Shown in pieces: positions 8,487-17,797 of a DNA stretch of 64,000 nt. Every line of letters starts with the position of its first letter. Within the stretch, counting starts at the first letter, position 1. The translations under genes and the position numbers were made by a program. Source of the DNA: Marinobacter mangrovi (GTDB lineage Bacteria > Pseudomonadota > Gammaproteobacteria > Pseudomonadales > Oleiphilaceae); contig NZ_JAERVO010000003.1 of the NCBI RefSeq assembly GCF_016798325.1, positions 455,608 to 519,607 on the forward strand. Reading direction: 5' to 3'. Below the pieces are notes generated by a model that was not told the origin of the DNA, searched no databases, and saw only the letters and a program-made list of their open reading frames with translations.

Positions 8487-9485
8487 ATGATGGAGGCATA
8501 CCAGCCAACGGCTTATCGGTTCGATGATATTCCGATTTTACCCAGCGGCGGGCATCCAAAGTTGGATAAGGTATTTGAGCGGCTCTCTTGGGGGCATTAT
8601 CAAACGCCAGTCGTACCTAATGCGGTGGAAGTGCAACTTGCCTATGCAAGTCTTTTCAGTAACGAAAATGACGCTGAGGATGGATTTCCTTGGAATGAAG
8701 AAAGTTTTTCTATAGGTAAAGGGTTTTTAAATGGTTTTCAGTCTTTGTTGTATATGATTCATATATGCGCTGTTCTTTTGTTTTATCTCGCTTTATTTCC
8801 CCTTTTTTTTAGCATTATTTTTTATTTTGTTGATGAATTGAGGTTGTCCGCGCTGTATACTATTGCTCAAAGTTTCACTATTATGTAGGTGGTTATAGCG
8901 GCGCTATACGTCCTAGGGAAGTATGGAAGGCTATTGTTGGCTCAAGTTTCCGAAAAAGCGCAAAGAGCAAATCCAACAGGTCTCTATCGTCGCGAAGGGT
9001 TGGTCCGCATAAAAAACCGGAAAGAGGTTTTTACCGCACCCTTTATCGAGTTCGATGCCTATTGTGTCCATTCCCCTTCCGGCCGTGGTAGTCGCTATTA
9101 CAATCTTGTCCTCCAGCATCGCTACAGCGAGGAACAGCTTTGGATGAAAGGACTGCTAACCAATGCGATGAATCCGCAAGATGTCTACGCCTACTGGGAC
9201 ATGGTCCAGCAGTTCATGGACGTGAGTCACCCTCTGCCGGACGTGCCGGTTTTTGAGCCCTTCCGTCATCGCGATCCAGTAACCGCCGAAGAGGACGCCC
9301 GTACCGGGCGTGATCCATTCCATTGGCGCAAAATCACGCCGGAATCCTGGCGGGAGCATTACGAATCAAAATATCGAGCGCGACTACTCAACGCAAATTG
9401 GAATCGCCCCTGCATTATGGATGCTCGTATTGAAGGCAGGGGGATACCCGCCAATGAACCGCCCCGCGGTAGTATCCTGGCCTGA
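8487..9485 (+). pseudogene. A2-type immunity paralog interrupted by an in-frame TAG (8886-8888)
   Basis: ORFs 8487..8888 and 8889..9485 are in the same frame, split by a single amber codon; together colinear with the intact paralog 42284..43309 ('DIPILPSGGHPKLDKVFERL', 'YAYWDMVQQFMDVSHPLPDVPVFEPFRHRDPVTAEEDARTGRDPFHWRKITPESWREHYESKYRAR'). Confidence 0.55.
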
Positions 9486-9588
9486 TCAATGATGGACGAT
9501 CTGGATGTTGAACAGCGGCAGTTGCGGCCTGTTTCTCTACGACTTTGGGGGGAGCATTCAATTTCAAAGATGATGGAGGATCAGGGGG

Positions 9589-10608
9589 TTGACTGATCCT
9601 GAGAAGAGTGAACATAGCGGGGCTTCATACTCGGAAACGGCCTATCGCTCCGATGCCTTGCCGCGCCAGGCCCCGCTGAGTGATCCGGGTGGTTTTGCTC
9701 GCACCCTGGAAGGGCTGAATTTTGTCGAGCGGCTGCCTACTGGCAGTTACGCTGGTTTAGACGGGGACGTTAGCCCAGACGTTGTGAAGCATTTTCAGGA
9801 TCGGGCACAAGGTGAAATGAACTTGGCTGGCCCTCCCTGGGATCATAAAGGGAAGCCGGCCAATCTCATTAAGACGCGCTGGGAAATTATACTAATGTTT
9901 GCCGGTACTCTTGGAGATAGGTTCGTTTTCGGTTTTTTTTCGTTCGCTTGTTTAGGCAGTTTTCTTATAGGCATATGCGTTGCTGATTTTTTTATTACAT
10001 TGAAACTTATTTCAATATTGTTTTTTGGTTTGGTAATTCTTCATATTACTTTTCGTTATCCCTTCATGTGGCTCTTGGAGCGCTATCCAGAGATCATGGT
10101 TCGCGATCTCGGTTGCGGTTTTTTCCGTACGACGGGAAAAATCAAATTCCGCACCTACTGGGGTAAGGAAACCTTCGAGGCCCCCTTCATCGAGTTCGAT
10201 CCTTATATCGCCTATCACGTCCAACCGAATGGCCCGGTGAGCTATAAGCTGGTTCTTCGACACCGTTATCGGGGGCGTCAGACGGAGGTGGCTACCGTTC
10301 CGCAGGGACGAAAGACCGAGCTCTATGCCGTCTGGGACCAGTTGCAGCGCTACATGGACGTGAGCCAGCCCCTGCCGGATATCCCGGCCCTGGAAGCCTA
10401 CCGGTCCCTCGACCCCACAACCGCGGCCTATGATGCCGCCGGTAAGCGGGGTCGACCTGCGGATTATTGGGTCACACTGGACCTGGACTGGTGGAAACGG
10501 GAAGGGTATCCCGAGCACATGACAAAGATCGCTGAATTCCCGTGGGACAGTCTCGAAGACAAGATGGAACAGAGTGTGCCAAACCTGCGCGAAGCGGCCA
10601 TGGTTTAA
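9589..10608 (+). CDS. Immunity-family paralog A3 (divergent member; TTG start likely)
   Basis: 'YSETAYRSDALP' N-motif, TM segment, 'FIEFDPYIAYH', 'YAVWDQLQRYMDVSQPLPDIPALEAYRSLDPTT'; preceded by the about 170-nt junction also found at 42170-42340. Confidence 0.5.
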   Translation: MTDPEKSEHSGASYSETAYRSDALPRQAPLSDPGGFARTLEGLNFVERLPTGSYAGLDGDVSPDVVKHFQDRAQGEMNLAGPPWDHKGKPANLIKTRWEIILMFAGTLGDRFVFGFFSFACLGSFLIGICVADFFITLKLISILFFGLVILHITFRYPFMWLLERYPEIMVRDLGCGFFRTTGKIKFRTYWGKETFEAPFIEFDPYIAYHVQPNGPVSYKLVLRHRYRGRQTEVATVPQGRKTELYAVWDQLQRYMDVSQPLPDIPALEAYRSLDPTTAAYDAAGKRGRPADYWVTLDLDWWKREGYPEHMTKIAEFPWDSLEDKMEQSVPNLREAAMV

Positions 10609-10678
10609 ACACTGACATCACCGCAAATAGCGTTACTCAATGACGTCCCATGGACGGGACGCTAAGTCGCAAGCAAAC

Positions 10679-10704
10679 CCTTAATTCACCACAAGGACCG
10701 TGAA
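10679..10704 (+). repeat. Ligase leader repeat (copy 2)
   Basis: 'gcaagcaaacccttaattcaccacaaggaccgtgaaatgcc' core. Confidence 0.75.
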
Positions 10705-10953
10705 ATGCCAACCCCGCTGTACCAGCGCTGGCTGCCAATTCTGTTTGGCCTCGCCCTGCTGTTCCCCGCGTCTGAACTCCACGCCGAAAAAACGCAACTC
10801 ACCCTGGCCCAGGTCTACGAAAAGGGCGATGCCCTCAAAGGCTACTGGGTTAGCGAAAAGCTGGACGGTGTGCGGGCCTATTGGGACGGCGAACACCTGA
10901 TTTCCCGCCAGGGCCATGCGTTTCATCCGCCGACCTGGTTTACCCGGGATTTT
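10705..10953 (+). pseudogene. LigE-like ligase copy 2, truncated after codon 83 by the IS21-family remnant
   Basis: Identical N-terminus through 'PPTWFTRDF'; nucleotide identity to copy 1 ends at 10953, where the track ORF (to 11067) runs on into unrelated IS-derived sequence. Confidence 0.7.
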
Positions 10954-11067
10954 GGCGGTGTTCCGGCCAGCGTCCTGGTCGATAACCAGAATGCCGCGGT
11001 GGTTCGACACGACCGGGATGGCAAGATCGTCTTCAACGCCGGCTTCCTGGAACTGGCCAACCATTAA

Positions 11068-11604
11068 GGCTTCGCCGCCCGGGCCTGCCGGCCCAGGACC
11101 AAGGGCAAGACCGAGCGCATGGTGAGCTACGTGAAGCACCACTTCTTCCAGCGCTATCGCAGCTTCGACAGCTACGCGCACCTGAACCAGTTACTGGAAC
11201 AGTGGTTGAGCAGCTATGCCCGTCAGCGGAGATTACGCCAGTTCCAGCAATCTGCGGCTCAGCGCTTCGAGGAAGAGCTCCACCAACTCAGCCCTCGTCC
11301 GGCAACGGACGTCGATACCCGCTATTACGACATCCGCCATGTGGGCTGGGATGCCTACATCGATGTGCGGGGCAAACGTTACAGCGTACCGGCCGAGTGT
11401 TGTGGTCAACGGGTCAACATCCTCATGAGCCTGGACGGTGAACTCACCGTCTACGACCTCCGGGGCCAGGAAGTCGCCCGTCACCGGATGACCGATCGCA
11501 GGCAAGGCTGGCAAACCGTCGCTGAACACCACGAGCCGCTGTGGCAAGAGGTGATGCCCGTGCAGCGCCGAAGCCTGGCGGTGTATGAGGAGGTGCTGCA
11601 ATGA
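11068..11604 (+). pseudogene. istA: IS21 transposase IstA, C-terminal fragment only
   Basis: In-frame region begins right after a stop at 11065-11067 with 'ASPPGPAGPGPRTKGKTERMVSY'; catalytic N-terminal region missing. Confidence 0.65.
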
Positions 11605-12402
11605 ACCTGGACCAACTCCTAGGCCGGCTCAAAATGGACCATCCGCAAGCCTCCCTGGATACCCTGTGCGAACACGCCAGCAAGAAGGACCTGAACTACC
11701 GGGAGTTCCTGGAACAGGCCCTGGCCCAGGAATGGGGTGGCCGCCACCAGAAAGGCCTGGACACGCGCCTCAAGCAGGCCCGGCTGCCCTGGATCAAAAC
11801 CCTGGAGCAGTTTGACTTCAGCTTCCAGCCGAGCATTGACCGCAAGCTGGTGCGGGAACTCTCCGGCCTGGGGTTCGTGGAGCGCAACGAGAGTGTGATC
11901 CTGCTGGGGCCACCGGGTGTGGGCAAAACCCACCTGGCCGTCGCCCTAGGCGTAAAGGCTGCTGAAGCGGGCCATCGCGTCCTGTTCATGACCCTGGATC
12001 GCCTGGTGAGCACACTGGTCAAAGCCCGGCAGGAAAACCGGCTGGACCGACAGCTTCAACAACTGATCTACCCAAAGGTGCTGGTGCTTGACGAGATCGG
12101 TTACCTGCCCATGACCCGGGAGGAGGTCAGCCTGTTCTTCCGTCTGATCAACCGGCGCTATGAGCGAGCCAGCACCATCCTGACCTCGAACAAGAGCTTT
12201 ATGGACTGGGGTGAGGTGTTGGGACCAGGTCATTGCCACCGCCATTCTGGATCGGCTGTTGCACCACTCAACGACTCTGAACATCAAGGGCGAGAGCTAC
12301 CGGCTAAAGGACAAACGGAAGGCCGGCCTTGTTCCCGGTACGAGCCAACAACAGGAGGTCTCTGACGACGCTGAGCCTCAAAAACCGGACACTGAAAACT
12401 GA
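11601..12402 (+). pseudogene. istB: IS21 helper ATPase IstB with a frameshift near codon 205
   Basis: ATG overlaps the istA stop (ATGA). The conserved C-terminus 'VIATAILDRLLHHSTTLNIKGESYRLK' continues in a different frame (ORF 12211..12402) after about nt 12215-12235. Confidence 0.65.
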
Positions 12403-12456
12403 TGAAAACCGGACAATCTAGACTGATAAAAAGCGGTCAAACTTCGCTGTTGTTGA

Positions 12457-13011
12457 CACTACTGGGATGAACAGTCCAGGCCATCGAACACGGAGCTGCT
12501 GGAGGACAGCAGAACCATCGCATCCCCGGACGATGGCGGGAAAGTTCGTAAATATTTTGAAGCGGAGCTGGATGCATTCTATTACATGCTGTTTTCGCCC
12601 ATAGTGCGAATAACCGAACACATGCCCAGGTATTGGGATACGACCCGGCAGGGGGAGCTTAAGGTCCTGTCGGAGTTCACGAGCTTTGCAGTGTACTTTC
12701 CGGGATACAGTGAAGGGACATGTGTCGTTTCTATAAAACTGTTCGAGGCGAATACCCACTGGTTCTCAGATGACGATTCAAATGAAATTAGCCACTTGTT
12801 CGATGACCGAAAGAGACAAGAGTCCGCTTCCCATGGTCTGCTTTACCGGTTTACTCACTACAATCACAACAAGTGGGAACAACTGGAAATGCTGATTGAA
12901 TACGAGAAGGATGGCCGGAAGGTTACCGGTGAAAACGGGCTCAGAATTATTCTGGACGGTAACGACGTGGAGGAACTGGGTGTCGATGAAAGACTCGCCT
13001 TTGAGGTGTGA
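12457..13011 (+). pseudogene. 3' fragment of a second (family-B-associated) effector-like gene, 5' part removed by the IS21 remnant
   Basis: Frame open without a start from 12457 (just after the IS end); first ATG 12586; its last about 35 codons ('...IEYEKDGRKVTGENGLRIILDGNDVEELGVDERLAFEV') recur upstream of each downstream tandem paralog. Confidence 0.4.
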
Positions 13012-13861
13012 TTTTCCGGAAACGGACCTGGAGCAACAGCTGGAAAAGAAGCGGTACCGTACTCATGGTGCACGGCTCGCCAGCCCCCCAGCCAGAAAGG
13101 TGGCGGGAGTGTCCGATTCTTCGGAAGATATGGACCAAGGCGTTGCTTTCATTAGTGAAGGGTTCATGGACATTAGGACTGCCTTCTTGTCTCTTCGAAG
13201 GGCCATACCAGCCATCATAAATCTGTTCATGATCATTGTCCTGCTGTTGGGCTGGGTCGTTAGCTTGTTCTTTTCAAAGGCTTTACTCGGAGTATTGATT
13301 GCTTTTGGTCCTGTCTGGGTGGCCGTCTACCTGTTCGAGATCTTCTTTCCGTACACGCTGCCGGTCCGGATCGACCTTAAGGAGGGGGTCGTCTACATAG
13401 GGCACCGCGGCACCTTCTACAGGATTCCCTGGGACGAGCTGGAAGTGACCTTTTCCTACAACTGGCAGTATCTGGGCTCTGGCGTAGTGTGGGAGCGGCA
13501 GTACTACGCCCACATATTCATGCGGGAAAAGCATTACTTTTGTGGGAAGCGCCCTAAGATGCCTCTGCAGCGCAAGAAGGTTTTTTCCGGGTTTAAGGAG
13601 GAGGATATGTATCGGAAATGGAACTTTATTGTCAGGTATTACAACGACGGGGTTGTTGAAAAAGACATCGATCATCTCGCCGGGATGAATTTTGACTCGC
13701 TTCGTAAGGATCTAGCTTCCAGTTCAATAGGAAAACGCATAGTCGAGTATTCTCTTCTCATTCTGCTTATTCCGACCATAATATGGTCGAAGTATACACC
13801 CTTAAAATACAAGTGGCCGAAAGAGATTGAAGAGATTTTTGGGAAGATTAACTATTACTGA
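12986..13861 (+). CDS. Family-B candidate immunity membrane protein (tandem copy 1 of 4)
   Basis: ATG 12986 overlaps the 3' end of 12457..13011; 'MKDSPLRCDFPETDLEQQLEKK', two TM helices, 'GHRGTFYRIPWDELEVTFSYNWQYLGSGVVWERQYY'. Confidence 0.5.
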   Translation: MKDSPLRCDFPETDLEQQLEKKRYRTHGARLASPPARKVAGVSDSSEDMDQGVAFISEGFMDIRTAFLSLRRAIPAIINLFMIIVLLLGWVVSLFFSKALLGVLIAFGPVWVAVYLFEIFFPYTLPVRIDLKEGVVYIGHRGTFYRIPWDELEVTFSYNWQYLGSGVVWERQYYAHIFMREKHYFCGKRPKMPLQRKKVFSGFKEEDMYRKWNFIVRYYNDGVVEKDIDHLAGMNFDSLRKDLASSSIGKRIVEYSLLILLIPTIIWSKYTPLKYKWPKEIEEIFGKINYY

Positions 13862-14001
13862 TCCAGTAATCGAGGTTTTCCTGACACTGCGTTCTGCCCT
13901 ATTGAACTGACGACTGAGTTAGAAGGATGGCCGGAAAGTCACGGGTGAAGACGGGCTCCGTATCATCCTGGTCGGTAACGATGTGGAGGAACTGGGTGTC
14001 G

Positions 14002-14877
14002 ATGAAAGACTCGCCTTTGAAGTGTGATTTTCCGGAAACAGATCTGGAACAACAGTTGGAAAAGAAGCTGTACCGCACTCATGATGCGCGACTCGCCAGC
14101 CCGCCAGCCAGGAAAGTGGCAGGGGTGTCGGCTTCCTCGGAAGGAATGGAGTATGGTGTCGCCTACATCAACCAACGGTTCATGGACATCCGCACGGCTT
14201 TCTTGATCTTTAGGCGATTCCAATTGGCTATTGTAAATCTGTTCATGATGATTGTCTTGACATTGGGCGGGGGGCTTAGCCTGTTTTTTTCAAAGGCACC
14301 GTTGGCAGTCTTGGTTACTTTTGGGCCTGTCTGGGCGGCCATCTACCTGTTCGAAATTTTCTTCCCGCTCACGCTGCCCGTGCGGATCGACCGCCAGGAA
14401 GGGGTTGTGTACGTAGGGCACCGGGGGACTTTTTACCGGATTCCCTGGGACGAACTGGAAGTGACCTTTTCCTACAACTGGCAGTATCTCGGCTCCGGGG
14501 TTGTATGGGAGCGGCAGTACTATGCCCATCTGTTTATGCGGGAGAAGCATTACTTTTGCGGGAAGTCCCCCAAGATGCCCTTGCAGCGTAAAAAAATCTC
14601 TTCCGGGTTTAAGGAAAAGGATATGTATCGGAAATGGAATTTTATTGTCAGGTATTATAACGAAGGAATGGTTGAGGAGGACGCTGACAATCTTGTTATG
14701 GCTAATTACGATACATACCGTAAATACATAACCCAAAAATCATTGGGGAGGCGTATTTTTAGTTACTTGTTGTTTCTTGTATTTATGCCAACCATGATTT
14801 GGTGGAAATTTACCCCTTTCAAGTACAAGTGGCCGAAAGAGGTTGAGGAGGTTTTTGGGAAGGCTAACAATTACTGA
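14002..14877 (+). CDS. Family-B candidate immunity membrane protein (tandem copy 2)
   Basis: Paralog of copy 1; preceded by the remnant 'KDGRKVTGEDGLRIILVGNDVEELGVDERLAFEV*' (13925-14029). Confidence 0.5.
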   Translation: MKDSPLKCDFPETDLEQQLEKKLYRTHDARLASPPARKVAGVSASSEGMEYGVAYINQRFMDIRTAFLIFRRFQLAIVNLFMMIVLTLGGGLSLFFSKAPLAVLVTFGPVWAAIYLFEIFFPLTLPVRIDRQEGVVYVGHRGTFYRIPWDELEVTFSYNWQYLGSGVVWERQYYAHLFMREKHYFCGKSPKMPLQRKKISSGFKEKDMYRKWNFIVRYYNEGMVEEDADNLVMANYDTYRKYITQKSLGRRIFSYLLFLVFMPTMIWWKFTPFKYKWPKEVEEVFGKANNY

Positions 14878-15018
14878 TTCCGGGTTGAAAATTTCCTGTC
14901 ACCGCGCTCTACCCCATTGGACTGCGGATCGAGTATGAGAAGCATGGCCGGAAAGTCACGGGTGAAGACAGGCTCCGAATTATTCTGGACGGCAACGATG
15001 TGGAGGAACTGGGTGTCG

Positions 15019-15891
15019 ATGAAAGACTCGCCTTTGAGGTGTGATTTTCCGGAAACGGACCTGGAGCAACAGCTGGTAAAGAAGCGGTACCTCACCCATG
15101 GTGCGCGGCTTGCCAGTCCGCCGGCTCGGAAAGTGGCGGGGGTGTCCGATTCCTCGAAAGAGATGGACTATGGAGTCGCCTGCATCAGCGAGAGGTTTAT
15201 GGATATCCGTACCACCTTCTTGTCTTTTAGAAGATCCATTCCAGTGATTGTGAGTATGTTCATGATTATTGCCTTGGCGGTAGGCTGGGTTGTTAGTCTG
15301 CTCTATTCAAAGGCACTGCTTGGGGTGCTGCTCGCCTTCAGCCCAGTCTGGGTAGCCGCCTATCTGTTTGAGTTTCTGTTTCCGTACACTCTGCCGGTCC
15401 GGATCGACCGGCAGGAGGGATTTGTTTACGTGGGGCACCGGGGTACCTTCTACCGGATTCCTTGGGACGAGCTGGAAGTGACTTTTTCTTATAATTGGCA
15501 GTATCTGGGCTCAGGTGTTGTGTGGGAGCGGCAATATTACTCCCACCTATTCATGCGGGAAAAGCATTACTTCTGCGGGAAGCCTCCCAAGATGCCCTTG
15601 CAACGCAAGAAAATTTCTTCCGGGTTTAAGGAAGGAGATATGTATCGAAAATGGAATTTTATTGTCAGATATTACAACGAAGGAGTTGTTGAAGAGGATG
15701 AAGAGAATCTCTATGGAGCAAATTTCGACTCTTACAATCAGCATGTGAAGGGCCAAACGGGACGACGTGTTTTCGGTAATGTACTCTTCTTATTATTTAT
15801 GCCGAGTATCGTATGGTCTAAATATAGTCCGTTTAAATATAGATGGCCGAAGGAAATTGAAAATATATTTGGAGAGTTTGATTATTACTGA
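15019..15891 (+). CDS. Family-B candidate immunity membrane protein (tandem copy 3)
   Basis: Paralog; preceded by the remnant 'IEYEKHGRKVTGEDRLRIILDGNDVEELGVDERLAFEV*'. Confidence 0.5.
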   Translation: MKDSPLRCDFPETDLEQQLVKKRYLTHGARLASPPARKVAGVSDSSKEMDYGVACISERFMDIRTTFLSFRRSIPVIVSMFMIIALAVGWVVSLLYSKALLGVLLAFSPVWVAAYLFEFLFPYTLPVRIDRQEGFVYVGHRGTFYRIPWDELEVTFSYNWQYLGSGVVWERQYYSHLFMREKHYFCGKPPKMPLQRKKISSGFKEGDMYRKWNFIVRYYNEGVVEEDEENLYGANFDSYNQHVKGQTGRRVFGNVLFLLFMPSIVWSKYSPFKYRWPKEIENIFGEFDYY

Positions 15892-16031
15892 TTTAGTAAT
15901 CGAAGTTTTCTTAACATTGCGCTCTGCCCTAGTGAACTGACGGCCGAGTGAGAAGGATAACCGGAAAGTCACGTTTGAAAACGGGCTCCGAATTATTCTG
16001 GATTGAAACGATGTAGAGGAACCGAGTGTCG

Positions 16032-16907
16032 ATGAGCGATTTACCTTTGAGTTGTGATTTTCCAAAAACTGAATTGGAACAGCAACTCGATATCCGTCGG
16101 TTTCGCACTTTCGGTGCCAGGCTTGCGAGTCCGCCAGCTCGAAAAGTGGATGGCATATCTGATTCCTCGGAAGATATGGACCATGCTGTTGCCTATGCGG
16201 ATGAACGATTCATGGATGTCCGGCCCGCTTTCTTAACTCTGAGGAGGGGGCTGCTCCCACTGATTAACTTATTCATGATTTTTGTTCTTTTTGTGATGTG
16301 GATGGTCGGTCAATTTTATTACGGAGTCTTCATGGCCACTGTAGCTTTGGTGGTGCCTCTATGGGTTGCGTTTTTTGTATACGAGATTTTTTTTCCACTG
16401 ACATTACCCATCCGTATTGATCGAAAAGAGGCGTTCGTATACGTAGGATATCGGGGAACTTTTTATCGTATTCCGTGGGAAAAGTTAGAGGTTACTTTTT
16501 CATATAGTCTTCAGTACTTTGGTTCTTGTGTTATGTGGGATCGGCAATATTATTCTCATTTGTATCTAAGAAGTGATTTTTATTTTTGCGGTAAGAAACC
16601 AAAGAGAAAACTGCAAAGATTGAGGTTTTCTTCATACTTTAAAGAAGACCATCTATATAGAAAGTGGAATTTTATAGTCAGATATTTTGATGAAGGTTTG
16701 GTGAGAGAGGACCGAGAAAATCTGGTTGCTGCCAACTACGATTCTTATGTTAAAAGTATGCGCAATAAATCATTGTTTATGTTTGTTGTTGATTATGTGA
16801 GTGTGCTTTTCTTGGTCCCCACTATTATTTGGGGTAAATTTTCACCGTTTAAATTTAAATGGCCCGAAAAAATTGAAGCCGTATTTGGGAAAAATAATTA
16901 TTACTAA
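16032..16907 (+). CDS. Family-B candidate immunity membrane protein (tandem copy 4, most divergent, lower GC)
   Basis: 'MSDLPLSCDFPKTELEQQLD', same architecture; preceded by a degenerate remnant with in-frame stops. Confidence 0.45.
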   Translation: MSDLPLSCDFPKTELEQQLDIRRFRTFGARLASPPARKVDGISDSSEDMDHAVAYADERFMDVRPAFLTLRRGLLPLINLFMIFVLFVMWMVGQFYYGVFMATVALVVPLWVAFFVYEIFFPLTLPIRIDRKEAFVYVGYRGTFYRIPWEKLEVTFSYSLQYFGSCVMWDRQYYSHLYLRSDFYFCGKKPKRKLQRLRFSSYFKEDHLYRKWNFIVRYFDEGLVREDRENLVAANYDSYVKSMRNKSLFMFVVDYVSVLFLVPTIIWGKFSPFKFKWPEKIEAVFGKNNYY

Positions 16908-17037
16908 GTTTGTTAGCAACAGAATGAGAAATATTTTGCGCGATAGACCGGCTATCTGCTCCTGATTTCGGTGCTTGAGTATCTAACCGTTGTAATCAAA
17001 TCTTCCGACATCCTCCCAAGGACGGGAATCCGACACA

Positions 17038-17072
17038 CAAGCAAACCCTTAATTCACCACAAGGACCGTGAA
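17038..17072 (+). repeat. Ligase leader repeat (copy 3)
   Basis: Same core sequence ending at ATG 17073. Confidence 0.75.
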
Positions 17073-17511
17073 ATGCCCACCCCGCTGTACCAGCGCTGGC
17101 TGCCAATTCTGTTTGGCCTTGCCCTGCTGTTCCCCGCGTCTGAACTCCACGCCGAAAAACCACAACTTACCCTGGCCCAGGTCTACGAAAAGGGCGATGC
17201 CCTCAAAGGCTACTGGGTCAGCAAAAAGCTCGACGGTGTGCGGGCCTACTGGGACGGTGAGCACCTGATTTCGCGTCAGGGCCATGCGTTTCATCCGCCG
17301 ACCTGGTTTACCCGGGATTTTCCGGAGGTACCTCTGGATGGCGAGCCGTGGATGGGACGCGGGACCTTTTCCGAGCTGTCTGGCGTAGTGCGCAAGCTGG
17401 ACCCGGTGGACAGCGCCGAGCACATGACAAAGATCGCTGAATTCCCGTGGGACAGTCTCGAAGACAAGATGGAGCAGAGTGTGCCAAACCTGCGCGAAGC
17501 GGCCATGGTTC
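17073..17511 (+). pseudogene. Mosaic fragment: LigE-like ligase codons 1-114 fused in frame to the last 32 codons of an A3-type immunity gene
   Basis: Ligase identity through 'VVRKLDPVDS', then 'AEHMTKIAEFPWDSLEDKMEQSVPNLREAAMV' (the C-terminus of 9589..10608). The track ORF 16971..17630 overextends on both sides. Confidence 0.6.
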
Positions 17512-17568
17512 AAACACTGACATCACCGCAGAAAGGTAGACCCCTTAGGTCTCAGGCAGACCCAGAGC

Positions 17569-17797
17569 TGAAAAGAAAAGCCGGTTCGGAGGCACGCGAA
17601 CAAACTTGTATACCTATGCGTGGAGCGTAAGGGCTCAGATTCATGTTCAGGACGAGGGGCGTGATGTGGTGTTCCCGGCACCGCCACCAGACGATCCGTT
17701 GACATATGATAAGGCGGATCCAGAGCATACAACGCCGGATTTTTCGGAAACGGGTAAAGATTTCTGGTTCGATGAAAAGGTGGTTCAACGTGGGTAG
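17569..17797 (+). pseudogene. Remnant of the last about 75 codons of an effector gene homologous to 1998..6062
   Basis: 'EKKSRFGGTRTNLYTYAWSVRAQIHVQDEGRDVVFPAPPPDDPLTYDKADPEHTTPDFSETGKDFWFDEKVVQRG*' against the effector C-terminus; no upstream effector body. Confidence 0.7.

Larger units (their letters stand above)
10954..12455 (+). mobile_element. 5'-truncated IS21-family element remnant (istA 3' part + frameshifted istB)
   Basis: IstA C-terminal 'PRTKGKTERMVSYVKHHFF'; IstB with Walker A 'GPPGVGKTHLA' and Walker B 'VLVLDEIGY'; N-terminal two-thirds of IstA absent; flanked by truncated genes on both sides. Confidence 0.7.
12986..16907 (+). repeat. About 1-kb-period tandem array of four paralogous gene cassettes, each carrying an upstream effector-3' remnant
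   Basis: Unit starts about 12950, 13925, 14935, 15955; protein identity high for copies 1-3, lower for copy 4. Confidence 0.75.

Noticed and set aside
10705-11067. 120-aa ORF annotated by the track as a possible short ligase
   Set aside because: Ligase identity stops at 10953; the remainder is IS21-derived sequence read in the wrong frame.
12211-12402. 63-aa ORF as a separate gene
   Set aside because: It is the frameshifted C-terminus of IstB (VIATAILDRLLHHSTTLNIKGESYRL), not an independent gene.
12900-16950. Regular about 1-kb tandem repeats that might suggest a CRISPR array or satellite
   Set aside because: Repeat units are gene-sized, protein-coding and diverge at the amino-acid level; there are no short direct repeats with unique spacers.
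16971-17630. 219-aa ORF that looks like a DNA ligase gene
   Set aside because: It is a chimera: only the first 114 ligase codons are present, fused to an immunity-gene tail and read through into unrelated frame. Called as pseudogene fragments instead.
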